A stretch of DNA of 64,000 bases from Candidatus Longimicrobiales bacterium M2_2A_002 (GTDB taxonomy: Bacteria > Gemmatimonadota > Gemmatimonadetes > Longimicrobiales > RSA9): positions 33,459 to 97,458 of the forward strand of contig JBPRGE010000064.1 in NCBI GenBank assembly GCA_051418035.1. The letters run 5' to 3'. The translations under genes and the position numbers were made by a program. The notes below the pieces were generated by a model. It was not told where the DNA came from and did not search any database. It saw only the letters and a program-made list of their open reading frames with translations. Of the stretch, positions 8,176 to 17,358 are shown piece after piece. The first letter of the stretch is position 1. Each line of letters opens with the position of its first letter.

Positions 8176-10191
8176 TCACTGGCGGGCGTGCTCCGGCTCG
8201 AACGTCCTGCGGGACAGTGCCGAGAGGGTGGGCACCCGGATGAACGAGCGCACGGGGTAATCGTACGAATCCAGGCGGGTGAGTGCCCGGGTACTGTCCT
8301 CGTCGAGGACGGCCAGGCGGACATCTGGTTCTCCATCGCCGTAGGCTTGATAGACGACGGCTCGGCCGTCCGGCGTCCAGCTGCACCCGCTGTCACGGCC
8401 GGGATCGGACACCAGGACACGTTCCTTGCGCGTTTGCAGATCCATCACCCGGATGTTCATCTCGTAGTGGCCGTACTCTTCGGACTGCCAGCAGATCTTT
8501 CGTCTGTCGGGGGACCAGCGGGGGATGTAGTCGTTCCAGAAGTTCCGGGTCAATCGCTCCTCCGACCCTGTTTCCAGGTCCAGGAGGAACAGCTCCATGA
8601 GGCCATCCTCGGCCCCGACCCCCTTCCAGCGGACGAAGACGAGGGAATCCCCCCGGATGGCGGGGTAATTGTCGACTGCGGGATGGCTCGTAATGCGGAC
8701 CGGTACACCCCCCTCTCGGGGAACTGCGTAGAGGTCGGCCGGCCCCTTCCGGATCGCCTCCTCATCGGGTCCGGTACGCTCGTACCGGGTATAGACGACC
8801 GGGCCTGATCCGGCCCGCGGGTCGATTGCGGGGGACATCTCCACCTCGGGGTCGTTCGTCAACCGGAGAACCGAGTCACCCTGCGCGAAGATCCGGTAGA
8901 GGTCCCACTGCCCGGCCTCGTCCCTGGCAGGGAAGACCAGACTCCCGTCGTCGGCCAGGTTCCGGCCAACAACCAGCCCCCTGGTCTTCGGCACGGTGTC
9001 GATCCACTCGCGGGACCACTCTGCGAGAGGATTGTCCGGATCGCGGCGGTACCGGGCGAGTCTGGTCTCGGGGCTCACAGAATCCACACGGACCATCGCG
9101 AGGAGGCTCCCGTCCGGCTGAGCCCACGCGGAGCAGGCCCAGTCCGTGGTGATGCGATGCTTCTGAAGGCCCTCGAGCGAGGTGCGGAAGAGCTGCCGGC
9201 TGGTCCCCTGTGTTGCGCGGTCCGAGCAGAAGAGGAGCGCGAGCTCGAGGTCGGAGCCGCCTGGCCAGGGTTGCGGGCCCATCGCGGGTCGGAGGGTCCC
9301 GAGCTCCACCTGCGGTTCGCCGACCGAGACCGCCAGCAGGGTGAAGACGACCATCAGAGAAGCGAGCAGACCGACGGCTGTGCGCAGCTTCGGCCGACTC
9401 CAGAATGACGGACGGGCCGGGGCAGACGCCGTCGGTCGTGGCGTCGCTGGCTGATCGGGCGTGGATCGGCCCGGGCGATCGGGCTCCTCCCCGGCTCCCA
9501 CCGCCTGCTCGGCGCGACGTCGAAGCTCTTCCGGCATCTCGGGGTCGAGCGCTGCGGCGGCCCCGGCGGCTTCGGCGGTGCTTCCCGTTTCGGCGAGGAG
9601 CTCCACCTCCAGGACCGCCAGCCTGTCTTCGCGGGGGAAGAGACGTCTTGCCCGGCTTACCAGGTCGAGAGCTCTTTCGGCGTCTCCCGCCGTGTCCGCT
9701 CTGGACGCTGCCCCTGTGACCAGTCGCACTACGGAGGAGGCAATGCGGCCGCGGGTCCTGTCGATCCAGTCCTCCAGCTCCCATGCGTCCGGGCGGCGGA
9801 AGCCCTGGAGGAACGGGCCACGTACGAGCTCGAGGGCATCAGCGGCCCGCTCTTCCGCGATCGCTTCCTCCAGCGCGTGCACGTCGACCTCGAGCAGGTC
9901 GGGCGACCAGCGGATCGGATCGCCCCCCTCGATGGCGTGGGTGCCGGCCGCCTTGCGGATACGGGACAGCGTCTGTCGGAGCGAGTGGAGTGCCTTGCCG
10001 CGCTCCACCCCCGGCCAGAACAGCTGTCGCAGGTGCTCCCGGCTGATCGGCCGGTTCTCCAGGGCCAGGTACGCCGCGAAGGCTCCAAGCAGACCCGGCA
10101 GCGGCTCCCGGTCGCCTGACGGTCCGCGCACCTCCGGAGAACCGAGAAGCCTCAGACTGCGCCGAGCGCCGTGACGGTCAGGTCGCGTCAT
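8176..10191 (-). CDS. SARP/BTAD-like DNA-binding domain + TM + TolB-like (PD40) beta-propeller
   Basis: LRLLGSPEV, YLALENRPISREHLRQLFWP, SLRQTLSRIRK, RGPFLQGF...WIDRTR; TM AVGLLASLMVVFTLLAVS; repeats RLTNDPEVEMSPA, PRWSPD, SWTPDG. Start uncertain. Confidence 0.75.
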   Translation of the reverse strand: MTRPDRHGARRSLRLLGSPEVRGPSGDREPLPGLLGAFAAYLALENRPISREHLRQLFWPGVERGKALHSLRQTLSRIRKAAGTHAIEGGDPIRWSPDLLEVDVHALEEAIAEERAADALELVRGPFLQGFRRPDAWELEDWIDRTRGRIASSVVRLVTGAASRADTAGDAERALDLVSRARRLFPREDRLAVLEVELLAETGSTAEAAGAAAALDPEMPEELRRRAEQAVGAGEEPDRPGRSTPDQPATPRPTASAPARPSFWSRPKLRTAVGLLASLMVVFTLLAVSVGEPQVELGTLRPAMGPQPWPGGSDLELALLFCSDRATQGTSRQLFRTSLEGLQKHRITTDWACSAWAQPDGSLLAMVRVDSVSPETRLARYRRDPDNPLAEWSREWIDTVPKTRGLVVGRNLADDGSLVFPARDEAGQWDLYRIFAQGDSVLRLTNDPEVEMSPAIDPRAGSGPVVYTRYERTGPDEEAIRKGPADLYAVPREGGVPVRITSHPAVDNYPAIRGDSLVFVRWKGVGAEDGLMELFLLDLETGSEERLTRNFWNDYIPRWSPDRRKICWQSEEYGHYEMNIRVMDLQTRKERVLVSDPGRDSGCSWTPDGRAVVYQAYGDGEPDVRLAVLDEDSTRALTRLDSYDYPVRSFIRVPTLSALSRRTFEPEHARQ

Positions 10192-10507
10192 CGACTGTGC
10201 TCCTGCCATGTCCTGCGGTCGAATGCCCGCACGCTGATCCTCTGGTACACGGGTGGGTTCCGGACGGGCGTCGGCATCAACGCGCCGGGCCAAGGATGTA
10301 TACTGCGGACGATATCCCGCACCATACCCCGTAGTCTCGAGGATCGAGGCGGTAGTTTCAAGTGGCGGCCGAAATCGGCTGCGGGTCTACCGTACGGAAC
10401 CGCCGGCGCCGGTCGCGCTCCGGCAGGCGGCCCTTGTTTCCACCGCGAAGTGGACGTATTTCGTCAATTGACCGACCTGTCGCTCCTCTCACACCCGTGG
10501 GCACACC

Positions 10508-11491
10508 ATGATCCCGAGCCGTCGCTGCCGGTCTCAGAGATCGCGCACAACGCTACGCCACCGCTCCCTTCTCGCCCTCGCCTGTCTCGCATCCGCTGGA
10601 GCCGCCGGTGCTGCCGGTGCGGCGGCACCGGTCGAGGCCCAGGAATTCACGCTCGAATGGCGGTTCGAGGCCGGCGACGTGCGGGAGTACCGGCAGACCA
10701 CGACCTCCAGTGTGGAAATGCCCATGGGCGACATGACGCAGACGCAGACGCAGACGATGCGGCTGCGTCAGGAGGTGCTGGAGGTCGAGCCGGACGGGAC
10801 GGCGGACGTGCGGACCACGTTCGTGTCGCACCGGATGGAGGCGGACGGTCCGCAGGGTCGCCAGGTGTACGACTCCGAGGATCCGGACCAGGCGACCGGC
10901 CCTGCGATGCCGGCGGCGACGGCGGGTGCGCTGATCGGGGCGAGCTTCGATATGAAGGTAACCCCCGACGGCCGGGTGCAGAGCGTGCGCGGGGTTGAGG
11001 AGCTCATGGATCGGATGATGGAGCCGCTGGGAGAGCTGCCGCCGGAGGAGGCATCGCAGGCGCGGGCGATGCTGGAGAACACGTTCGGCGAGGACGAGAT
11101 GCGGTCCATGCTGCAGCAGTCGTTGGCCACGTTGCCGGACGGCCCGGTGGGGCGCGGCGACACCTGGTCCGGCACGTTCGAGATGCAGCTCCCGTTCGCG
11201 ACTGTACGGTCGGAGCACACCTATGTGCTGGAGGACGTGGTCGATCGAGAGGGTCGGCGGGTCGCGCTGATCGACATGACCGGGACCATGAGCTCTGTCG
11301 ACGCGGACCCGAACACCCCCATGGCCGGGATGATGAGCATCAGCTCCAGCGACATGACCGGCACGCTCGAGTTCGACGTGGACCGGGGCATCGTTCTCGA
11401 CTCGCACATCGACTCGGTCATGGAGATGAAGGTCATGGACATCTCGATTCAGGTCGAGTCGGCTGTCGATATGGAGCTCGTCGACGGTTGA
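10508..11491 (+). CDS. secreted DUF6263-like protein
   Basis: Signal peptide; LEWRFEAGDVREY, KVTPDGRVQSVRG, LPDGPVGRGDTWS, GTLEFDVDRG. Confidence 0.65.
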   Translation: MIPSRRCRSQRSRTTLRHRSLLALACLASAGAAGAAGAAAPVEAQEFTLEWRFEAGDVREYRQTTTSSVEMPMGDMTQTQTQTMRLRQEVLEVEPDGTADVRTTFVSHRMEADGPQGRQVYDSEDPDQATGPAMPAATAGALIGASFDMKVTPDGRVQSVRGVEELMDRMMEPLGELPPEEASQARAMLENTFGEDEMRSMLQQSLATLPDGPVGRGDTWSGTFEMQLPFATVRSEHTYVLEDVVDREGRRVALIDMTGTMSSVDADPNTPMAGMMSISSSDMTGTLEFDVDRGIVLDSHIDSVMEMKVMDISIQVESAVDMELVDG

Positions 11492-11602
11492 GCTGCTCGA
11501 CCGAGAGCGGGTGTCCCGACGACTTCACACCGCCGTCCACCGCCAGCCCCCGCGTCATGGCCACGCGGATTTGAGGCCGACGGCGACAGGCGGCCGGTCC
11601 GC

Positions 11603-12460
11603 TCAGCTCCAGTCGGGCGCCACCTCCGCGACCCAGTCGTCGAACGAGCGGGGTGCGTGGCCCACGATCCGCTCCGTCTCCCGGAGGTCCTCGTCACTGG
11701 CGAGCAGCCCCTGCTCCTGGAACAGCCGGTACATGACCTTGAAGTCCCAGACCATCCAGCCGGGCATGCTCTGCCGCGCCTGATCGGCCCACGCGTCCAG
11801 GTCCTCCAGATGGCCCAGCTCGCGGTCCAGCGCCTCGCCCCAGATCCGGGCGCAGTCCTCGGCCGTCAGCGCGTCGGGGCCGACCAGCGTGTACGTCTTC
11901 CCCTCGAACCCCCCGCTCGTCAGCGCGTTCGCCGCGGCTTCCCCGATGTCACGCACGTCCACCCGGGAGACGCCCACGGAGCCCAGCGGCTGCGCGTACA
12001 CGCCGTGCTCCGTCATCCCGTCCTTGAACCAGTAGTCGTTCTGGAAGAAGTTGCTCGGCCGGAGGATGGTGTACGCTACGCCGCTCTCCTTCAACGCGTT
12101 CTCGATGGCCACCTTGCCCGCGAAATGAGGGATCGCCGGCCCCGCATCCGCCTGCTGCACCGACATGTACACGATCCGCTCGGGGCCCGCCCGTTCGGCC
12201 TCCTCCAAGGCCGCGAGGCCCTCGTGCAGCTCCGTCAGCGATACGGCGTTCAGAAGGAACATCGTGTCGAAATCCCGGAAGATGTCGGCGTAGCTGTCGG
12301 GGTCCGTCAGGTCTCCCACGACACCCTCGACGCCGGCCGGCAGCTCCGCCGACTTCTCCGACGACCTCGTCAGCACACGGACAGCCTCGCCCCGCTCCCG
12401 CAGCTGCCGTACGACCTCGCTGCCCACCGTTCCCGTGCCGCCCAGCACCAGATGTGTCAT
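11603..12460 (-). CDS. NmrA-like NAD(P)H-binding oxidoreductase
   Basis: LVLGGTGTVG Rossmann motif, PHFAGK, TILRPSNFFQN, VDVRDIG. Confidence 0.88.
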   Translation of the reverse strand: MTHLVLGGTGTVGSEVVRQLRERGEAVRVLTRSSEKSAELPAGVEGVVGDLTDPDSYADIFRDFDTMFLLNAVSLTELHEGLAALEEAERAGPERIVYMSVQQADAGPAIPHFAGKVAIENALKESGVAYTILRPSNFFQNDYWFKDGMTEHGVYAQPLGSVGVSRVDVRDIGEAAANALTSGGFEGKTYTLVGPDALTAEDCARIWGEALDRELGHLEDLDAWADQARQSMPGWMVWDFKVMYRLFQEQGLLASDEDLRETERIVGHAPRSFDDWVAEVAPDWS

Positions 12461-12547
12461 CTCCACCTCCTCGCCAAAGGTTTTGCCTCGGAAATGAGAT
12501 ACCGGACCCGACTCATCGCAAACATGGGGCCGGCACCGGCGAAGCGG

Positions 12548-13447
12548 TCACTTCCTGCGCTCGAGCCTGGTGTCGTGCCAGGCGACGGGATCCTCGCGCG
12601 GCTCCATGTGCGTGAAGACCGTGATCCGCGGCACGACCTCCCGGATCTCCGCCTCCAGCTCCTCGAGCAGGTCGTGGCCTCGCTGGACCGTCCAGTCGCC
12701 GGGCACGAGCACGTGAACGGACATGAACCGGCGGGCCCCCGAGCGACGGGTGCGGAAGGCATGGAACTCGATCCCCCGGTCCCGGTATCGGGCGAGCACC
12801 TCGTGGATCCGCTCCTGCACGTCGGGTGAGAGCGCGGTGTCGAGAAGCCCGAGCATGGAGCGCCGGAGCAGCCCGGCTCCGACCCGGGTGATGTTCGCCG
12901 CGACGAACAGGGCGATGATCGGGTCGATGATGCTCCAGCCCGTGAGGCCGACCAGGCCGACGCCCAGGAGCACGCCGCCGGAGGTCCACACGTCCGTCAT
13001 CAGGTGGTGGGCGTCGGCCTCCAGCGCGATGGACTCGTGCTCCCGGGCGGCCTGGAACAGGACGCGGGCGACCAGCAGGTTGATCCCCGAGGCGATGAGC
13101 GAAATGGCGAGGCCGAGCCCCACGTGCGTCAGCGGTGACGGCGACAGGAGACGCTCGAGGGCGGTGCCCACGATGACCAGGGCCGCCACCAGGACGAGCG
13201 CGCCCTCGAAGCCGCTCGAGAAATACTCCGCCTTCGTGTGCCCGTACGCGTGCTCCTCGTCCGGCGGCCGGCTGGCCACGGCGAGCGCCCGCAGGGCCAC
13301 GACCGCGGCGACCAGGTTGACCCCCGACTCCAGGGCATCCGAGAGGAGGCCGACCGAATCGGTCAGCACGTACGCCCCACCCTTCAGGGCGATCGTCGCG
13401 ATCGCAGCGGCGACGGACAGCCACGCGTACCGCGTCAGCTTCTCGAT
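12548..13447 (-). CDS. cation diffusion facilitator (FieF-like), probable ATC start
   Basis: [55 protein letters not shown] sits 4 nt before an in-frame ATC at 13447. Confidence 0.88.
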   Translation of the reverse strand: MEKLTRYAWLSVAAAIATIALKGGAYVLTDSVGLLSDALESGVNLVAAVVALRALAVASRPPDEEHAYGHTKAEYFSSGFEGALVLVAALVIVGTALERLLSPSPLTHVGLGLAISLIASGINLLVARVLFQAAREHESIALEADAHHLMTDVWTSGGVLLGVGLVGLTGWSIIDPIIALFVAANITRVGAGLLRRSMLGLLDTALSPDVQERIHEVLARYRDRGIEFHAFRTRRSGARRFMSVHVLVPGDWTVQRGHDLLEELEAEIREVVPRITVFTHMEPREDPVAWHDTRLERRK

Positions 13448-13636
13448 GCGGACCTCCCTTCCCGGTATCCGTCCACGATCAGCAGCTTGGGCCGGTGAAG
13501 AACCCAACAACGTACCGCCTGCAGGAGAAGGCGACAAACGCGCGAACGCCACGGATTCCACCTTCCTCCCCTGAAGGATCCTCCATATATTCGCCAACAG
13601 TCCGCCGATTCGTTCGCCCTCACACCGGGAGCCCGC

Positions 13637-14152
13637 ATGTTCGACGACATCGACCTCAGGATCCTCGCGATGCTCAAGGAGGACGCCCGCGTCGCAAACG
13701 CCGCCATCGCCCGCGACGTCGACCTCGCACCCTCCGCCGTCTTCCAGCGGATCAGGAAGCTCGAGGAGAAGGGCGTCATCCAGGGCTACCACGCCAGGAT
13801 CGACCCCGACGCCCTCGACCAGGGGCTCCTCGCCTTCATCAGCGTCCAGACCGGCGAGGGGGCACGGGCCAAGGAGACCGCCGAGATGCTCGCCGCCGTC
13901 CCCGAAGTCCTGGAGGTCCACCGCGTCGTCGGCGATGACTGCTTCTACCTCAAGGTCCGCGTCAAGGACACCGGCGCCCTCGGCGCGCTCCTCGACGAGA
14001 AGATCCAGACGCTCGACCCCGTCGCCTCCACCAACACCACCATCGTCCTGAGCACCGCCAAGGAGCAGGACGTCCGGCTCCCCGACACCGGCCCGTCCCC
14101 GGCCTCCGATTCCGGCACGCCGTCCGGCTCCCGTCGCAGAAAGGCGTCATAA
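13637..14152 (+). CDS. Lrp/AsnC family regulator
   Basis: [16 protein letters not shown]...[14 protein letters not shown]; [15 protein letters not shown]. Confidence 0.92.
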   Translation: MFDDIDLRILAMLKEDARVANAAIARDVDLAPSAVFQRIRKLEEKGVIQGYHARIDPDALDQGLLAFISVQTGEGARAKETAEMLAAVPEVLEVHRVVGDDCFYLKVRVKDTGALGALLDEKIQTLDPVASTNTTIVLSTAKEQDVRLPDTGPSPASDSGTPSGSRRRKAS

Positions 14153-14247
14153 TTTCGGCTGGCGCTCGATTCAGAGGTTGATTCTTCGTCGTAACCCCCG
14201 TTATACTGAAGATCGTTCGTATCTTTGATCCAAGAGAATGGGGGGCG

Positions 14248-14922
14248 ATGATGAGGCGATCGGGTGTGCGCGTCGGGATGGTGCTGGTGCTGGTTGCGGC
14301 GGTCGGAGTGTTCGCGTCGTGCGAGAATGGGACGGACCCGGCCACGGATGGCGGGACCAACGGCGGGACGGACACGGGGTCGGTCCTGGCCACGGTGACG
14401 GCGGACGGGAGCGGGTTGTCCGGCGTGACGCTGGAGCTCTTCGCCGGGAGCGGCACGACGGTGCTGGAGACCGCGACGACGGACGCGGCGGGCGAGGCGA
14501 CGTTCACGCAGCTGGAGGCGGGGTCGTACGAGGTGGAGGTCACGGTTCCGGCGACCTATCGGCTGGCGGCGGGCAGTTCGGCGCGGCAGACCGTGAACGT
14601 GGTGGACGGTCAGGAGTCCACGGTGTCGTTCGCGCTGGAGACGGACCCGGACGCCAACGTGGTGGAGGTCACGCTGACGAACTTCGAGTTCACCCCGGGT
14701 GATCTGACCATCGAGCCGGGGACGACGGTCCGGTGGGTCAACCAGACGAGCACATTCCATACGGTCACGCCGGATGGGCACAGCGAATGGACGGAGAGCT
14801 CGCTTTCGGAGGTGGGTGAGACGTTCACGCACACCTTCGATACGGAGGGCACGTTCCCGTACTACTGCAGTCCGCACCGTGATCTCGGGATGACGGGCTC
14901 CGTCACGGTCCAGGCACCGTAG
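14248..14922 (+). CDS. lipoprotein with Ig/prealbumin-like stalk and C-terminal type-1 copper (plastocyanin-like) domain
   Basis: Lipobox FASC; TTDAAGEATFTQLEAGSYEV; FHTVT...YYCSPHRDLGM supplies His/Cys/His/Met ligands. Confidence 0.85.
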   Translation: MMRRSGVRVGMVLVLVAAVGVFASCENGTDPATDGGTNGGTDTGSVLATVTADGSGLSGVTLELFAGSGTTVLETATTDAAGEATFTQLEAGSYEVEVTVPATYRLAAGSSARQTVNVVDGQESTVSFALETDPDANVVEVTLTNFEFTPGDLTIEPGTTVRWVNQTSTFHTVTPDGHSEWTESSLSEVGETFTHTFDTEGTFPYYCSPHRDLGMTGSVTVQAP

Positions 14923-16070
14923 TGGGGCGGGCGACGACGGTCCGGGTCCGGCATCCGGTGGCTGTCGGGCTCCTGGTCGCCGGGCTGGCGGCGCTCGTGG
15001 CCGTGCCGGCAGGCGCCCAGTCGACGCTCGAGCGGACGCCGAGCCTGGACGGTCCGTGGGTGTCGGACGCGGGGGTGGCCCATTTCCACCTGATCCACCG
15101 GTTCTGGGTAACGGACCCACCGGCCCGCAAGGTGGTCAACACGCCCACGATGACGGTGGCGGCCGGTCTGGGCCGGGGCCTGCTGGTCGGGGCCCGGTAC
15201 GCGTCGAACTCCACGCTGGGCTCGCTGCCGAACGAGTGGGAGGCGTACGCGCGCTGGCGTCCGTTGACGGCGGCGAGCTCGGGGCTGGCGGACGTGGCCG
15301 TGTCGGCCGGCTGGAACGGTGCGGCGGAGAGCACGGATGGCGAGCTGTCGCTGGCCCGGTCCCTCGGTCCGGTCCGGCTCCTCGGCGCCGTCCGGGCGTT
15401 CAGCGCCTTTGCCGGCGGCGACTCCGAGCTGGCATACGGCGGCGGCGCGGCGTGGCGTGTTCATCGCAACATCGCCCTTTCCGGCGACGTGATGACACTG
15501 GCATCCGACACGACCGTGGGGTGGGGCATCGGCCTCCAGCTCCGGATCCCGACCACGCCGCATACCGTCTCCCTGCACGCAACGAACATCAACGCCGTCA
15601 CGCTGCAGGGATCCTCCTTCGGGAGTGCGGCGATCAGCGGGGACACGGGCGACCCCCGAACGCTGTACGGGTTCGAGTTCACGATCCCCATCACGTTGAG
15701 CCGCTACTTCGGCGGCGGGGGTGCCGAGCCGGCGCCGTCGGTGCGCGATGGCCCTGCGCCCTCCGACACGGCTGTGGTCACCATGGACAACCGGCTCCGG
15801 TTCCTGCCGGACACCGTGCGGATCCGGGCCGGTCAGGCCGTACGCTGGGAGAACACGTCGGACCTGCTCCACACCGTGACGGCCGATCCGGATCTGGCCG
15901 CGCTGGCGTCCAGCACAGCGCTGCCCGACGGGGCGCCCGCTTTCAACAGCGGGGATCTGGCTCCCGGGGCCGTGTATCTGCGGGTCTTCGATGTCCCCGG
16001 CACGTACAAGTACTTCTGCATACCGCACGAGCGCGCCGGGATGGTCGGCTGGGTCATCGTCGAGGAGTGA
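14922..16070 (+). CDS. exported putative beta-barrel (DUF5777-like) fused to a C-terminal cupredoxin
   Basis: Signal peptide; FHLIHRF, amphipathic strands (YGGGAAWRV, WGIGLQLRI, HTVSLHATN, YGFEFTIP); LHTVT...YFCIPHERAGM. Confidence 0.75.
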   Translation: MGRATTVRVRHPVAVGLLVAGLAALVAVPAGAQSTLERTPSLDGPWVSDAGVAHFHLIHRFWVTDPPARKVVNTPTMTVAAGLGRGLLVGARYASNSTLGSLPNEWEAYARWRPLTAASSGLADVAVSAGWNGAAESTDGELSLARSLGPVRLLGAVRAFSAFAGGDSELAYGGGAAWRVHRNIALSGDVMTLASDTTVGWGIGLQLRIPTTPHTVSLHATNINAVTLQGSSFGSAAISGDTGDPRTLYGFEFTIPITLSRYFGGGGAEPAPSVRDGPAPSDTAVVTMDNRLRFLPDTVRIRAGQAVRWENTSDLLHTVTADPDLAALASSTALPDGAPAFNSGDLAPGAVYLRVFDVPGTYKYFCIPHERAGMVGWVIVEE

Positions 16071-16095
16071 TGCCGTGGTGTGCACGGCAGGGGCG

Positions 16096-17031
16096 TCATC
16101 CCGGCACGGCCGTCGCCACACGGACCCGGAGCTGCGTGCCCCAGGGGTCCCGGGTCACGAACGCCGCATCGGAAGCTCGCTGGACCGGGTGTCCGGCCGC
16201 TTCGAGGCTCTCCGCCGCGGCGTCGACCCCGTGGGCGTCCGGCAGCTCCAGCGTCCATACGACCAGCCCCGCATCGGCCTCGCCGGTCGGCGGCGCGCCG
16301 GCCGCCCATGTGTTGAGCCCGAGGTGGTGGTGGTAGCCTCCAGCCGACAGGAACAGGGCGCCGGGATAGCTCCAGACGACCTTGTCCAGCCCCAGCGCCT
16401 GGTGGTAGAAGGCGGCGGCCCGGTCGAGGTCGCCGACGTGCAGGTGCACGTGGCCCATCGTGGTTCCGGCCGGCATGCCGGTCCAGGGCGCGTCCCCCGC
16501 CGCCCGCAGGACGTCCGGGACGTCCAGCGGATCGGTGGCCATCCGGAGCTCGCGGCCGTCCGTCTCCCAGGCCGAGCGCGGCCGGTCGGTGTAGACCTCG
16601 ATCCCGAGGCCGTCGGGGTCGCGGAGGTAGAGGGCCTCGCTCACCAGGTGATCCGACGCGCCGGGGCGCTCCCCGACCTCCGACAGATGCCGGAGGAAAC
16701 GGCCGAGGTCGGCCCGGGTGGGCAGGAGGATGGCGAAGTGGTAGAGGCCGAGGCGGCCGTGCCTCGGGACCGCCGTGGCGCCCGGCCGCTCCTCGAGGAC
16801 GGCGACGGGCCCATCCTCCCCGTGGGCGGCGAGCGCGGTGTGCCCGTCCTCGCGGGCCATCGGGCGGAGGCCGAGGACCGTCCGGTAGTACTCCAGGGAG
16901 CGGTCCAGGTCCGCCACCCGGAGCCGAACGGGCCCGGGCCGGGTCTCCGCCGGCAGCCTGTGGCCGCCCGGCGCGATGCCGTAGCGGTCCCCCAGGTCGC
17001 CTGTGCCTGACCGTTCGTTCGTGCTGCTCAT
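16096..17031 (-). CDS. VOC family protein (CatE-like catechol 2,3-dioxygenase/glyoxalase)
   Basis: GLYHFAILLP, DHLVSEALYLRDPDGLGIEVY, GHVHLHV, GGYHHHLGLNTW. Confidence 0.9.
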   Translation of the reverse strand: MSSTNERSGTGDLGDRYGIAPGGHRLPAETRPGPVRLRVADLDRSLEYYRTVLGLRPMAREDGHTALAAHGEDGPVAVLEERPGATAVPRHGRLGLYHFAILLPTRADLGRFLRHLSEVGERPGASDHLVSEALYLRDPDGLGIEVYTDRPRSAWETDGRELRMATDPLDVPDVLRAAGDAPWTGMPAGTTMGHVHLHVGDLDRAAAFYHQALGLDKVVWSYPGALFLSAGGYHHHLGLNTWAAGAPPTGEADAGLVVWTLELPDAHGVDAAAESLEAAGHPVQRASDAAFVTRDPWGTQLRVRVATAVPG

Positions 17032-17358
17032 GGCTCTCGCCCCCGGGCGAGGTTCTCCGTGTGATTCTCCATGTACCGTCCGTTGTCCGTGAATTCTACT
17101 CCGTCGGGCAGGAAAAAGCCCGCCGCGAGGTGTCCAGTGCCATGGTGCCGGGCGCCGCGTCCGCTCGATCTCGTCCGGTATCTCCGTGTCCATGCCCGGT
17201 GGGCGGGCTGCCATCGCTGGCCCCGGCATTCGGGGGTATCCCCTGGGTCGCTCGGTCCTTAGCATTGTGGGAAACACGGATCATTTTCGGCAGTCGTGGA
17301 CGGACCCGAGTGGTGCGTCGGACAACGGGACGGCGTCGAAAAGCGTCAGAAGGATACA

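Noticed and set aside
13448-13921. 457-aa version of the CDF ORF
   Set aside because: The extension is antisense to the Lrp gene and has no CDF-like character.
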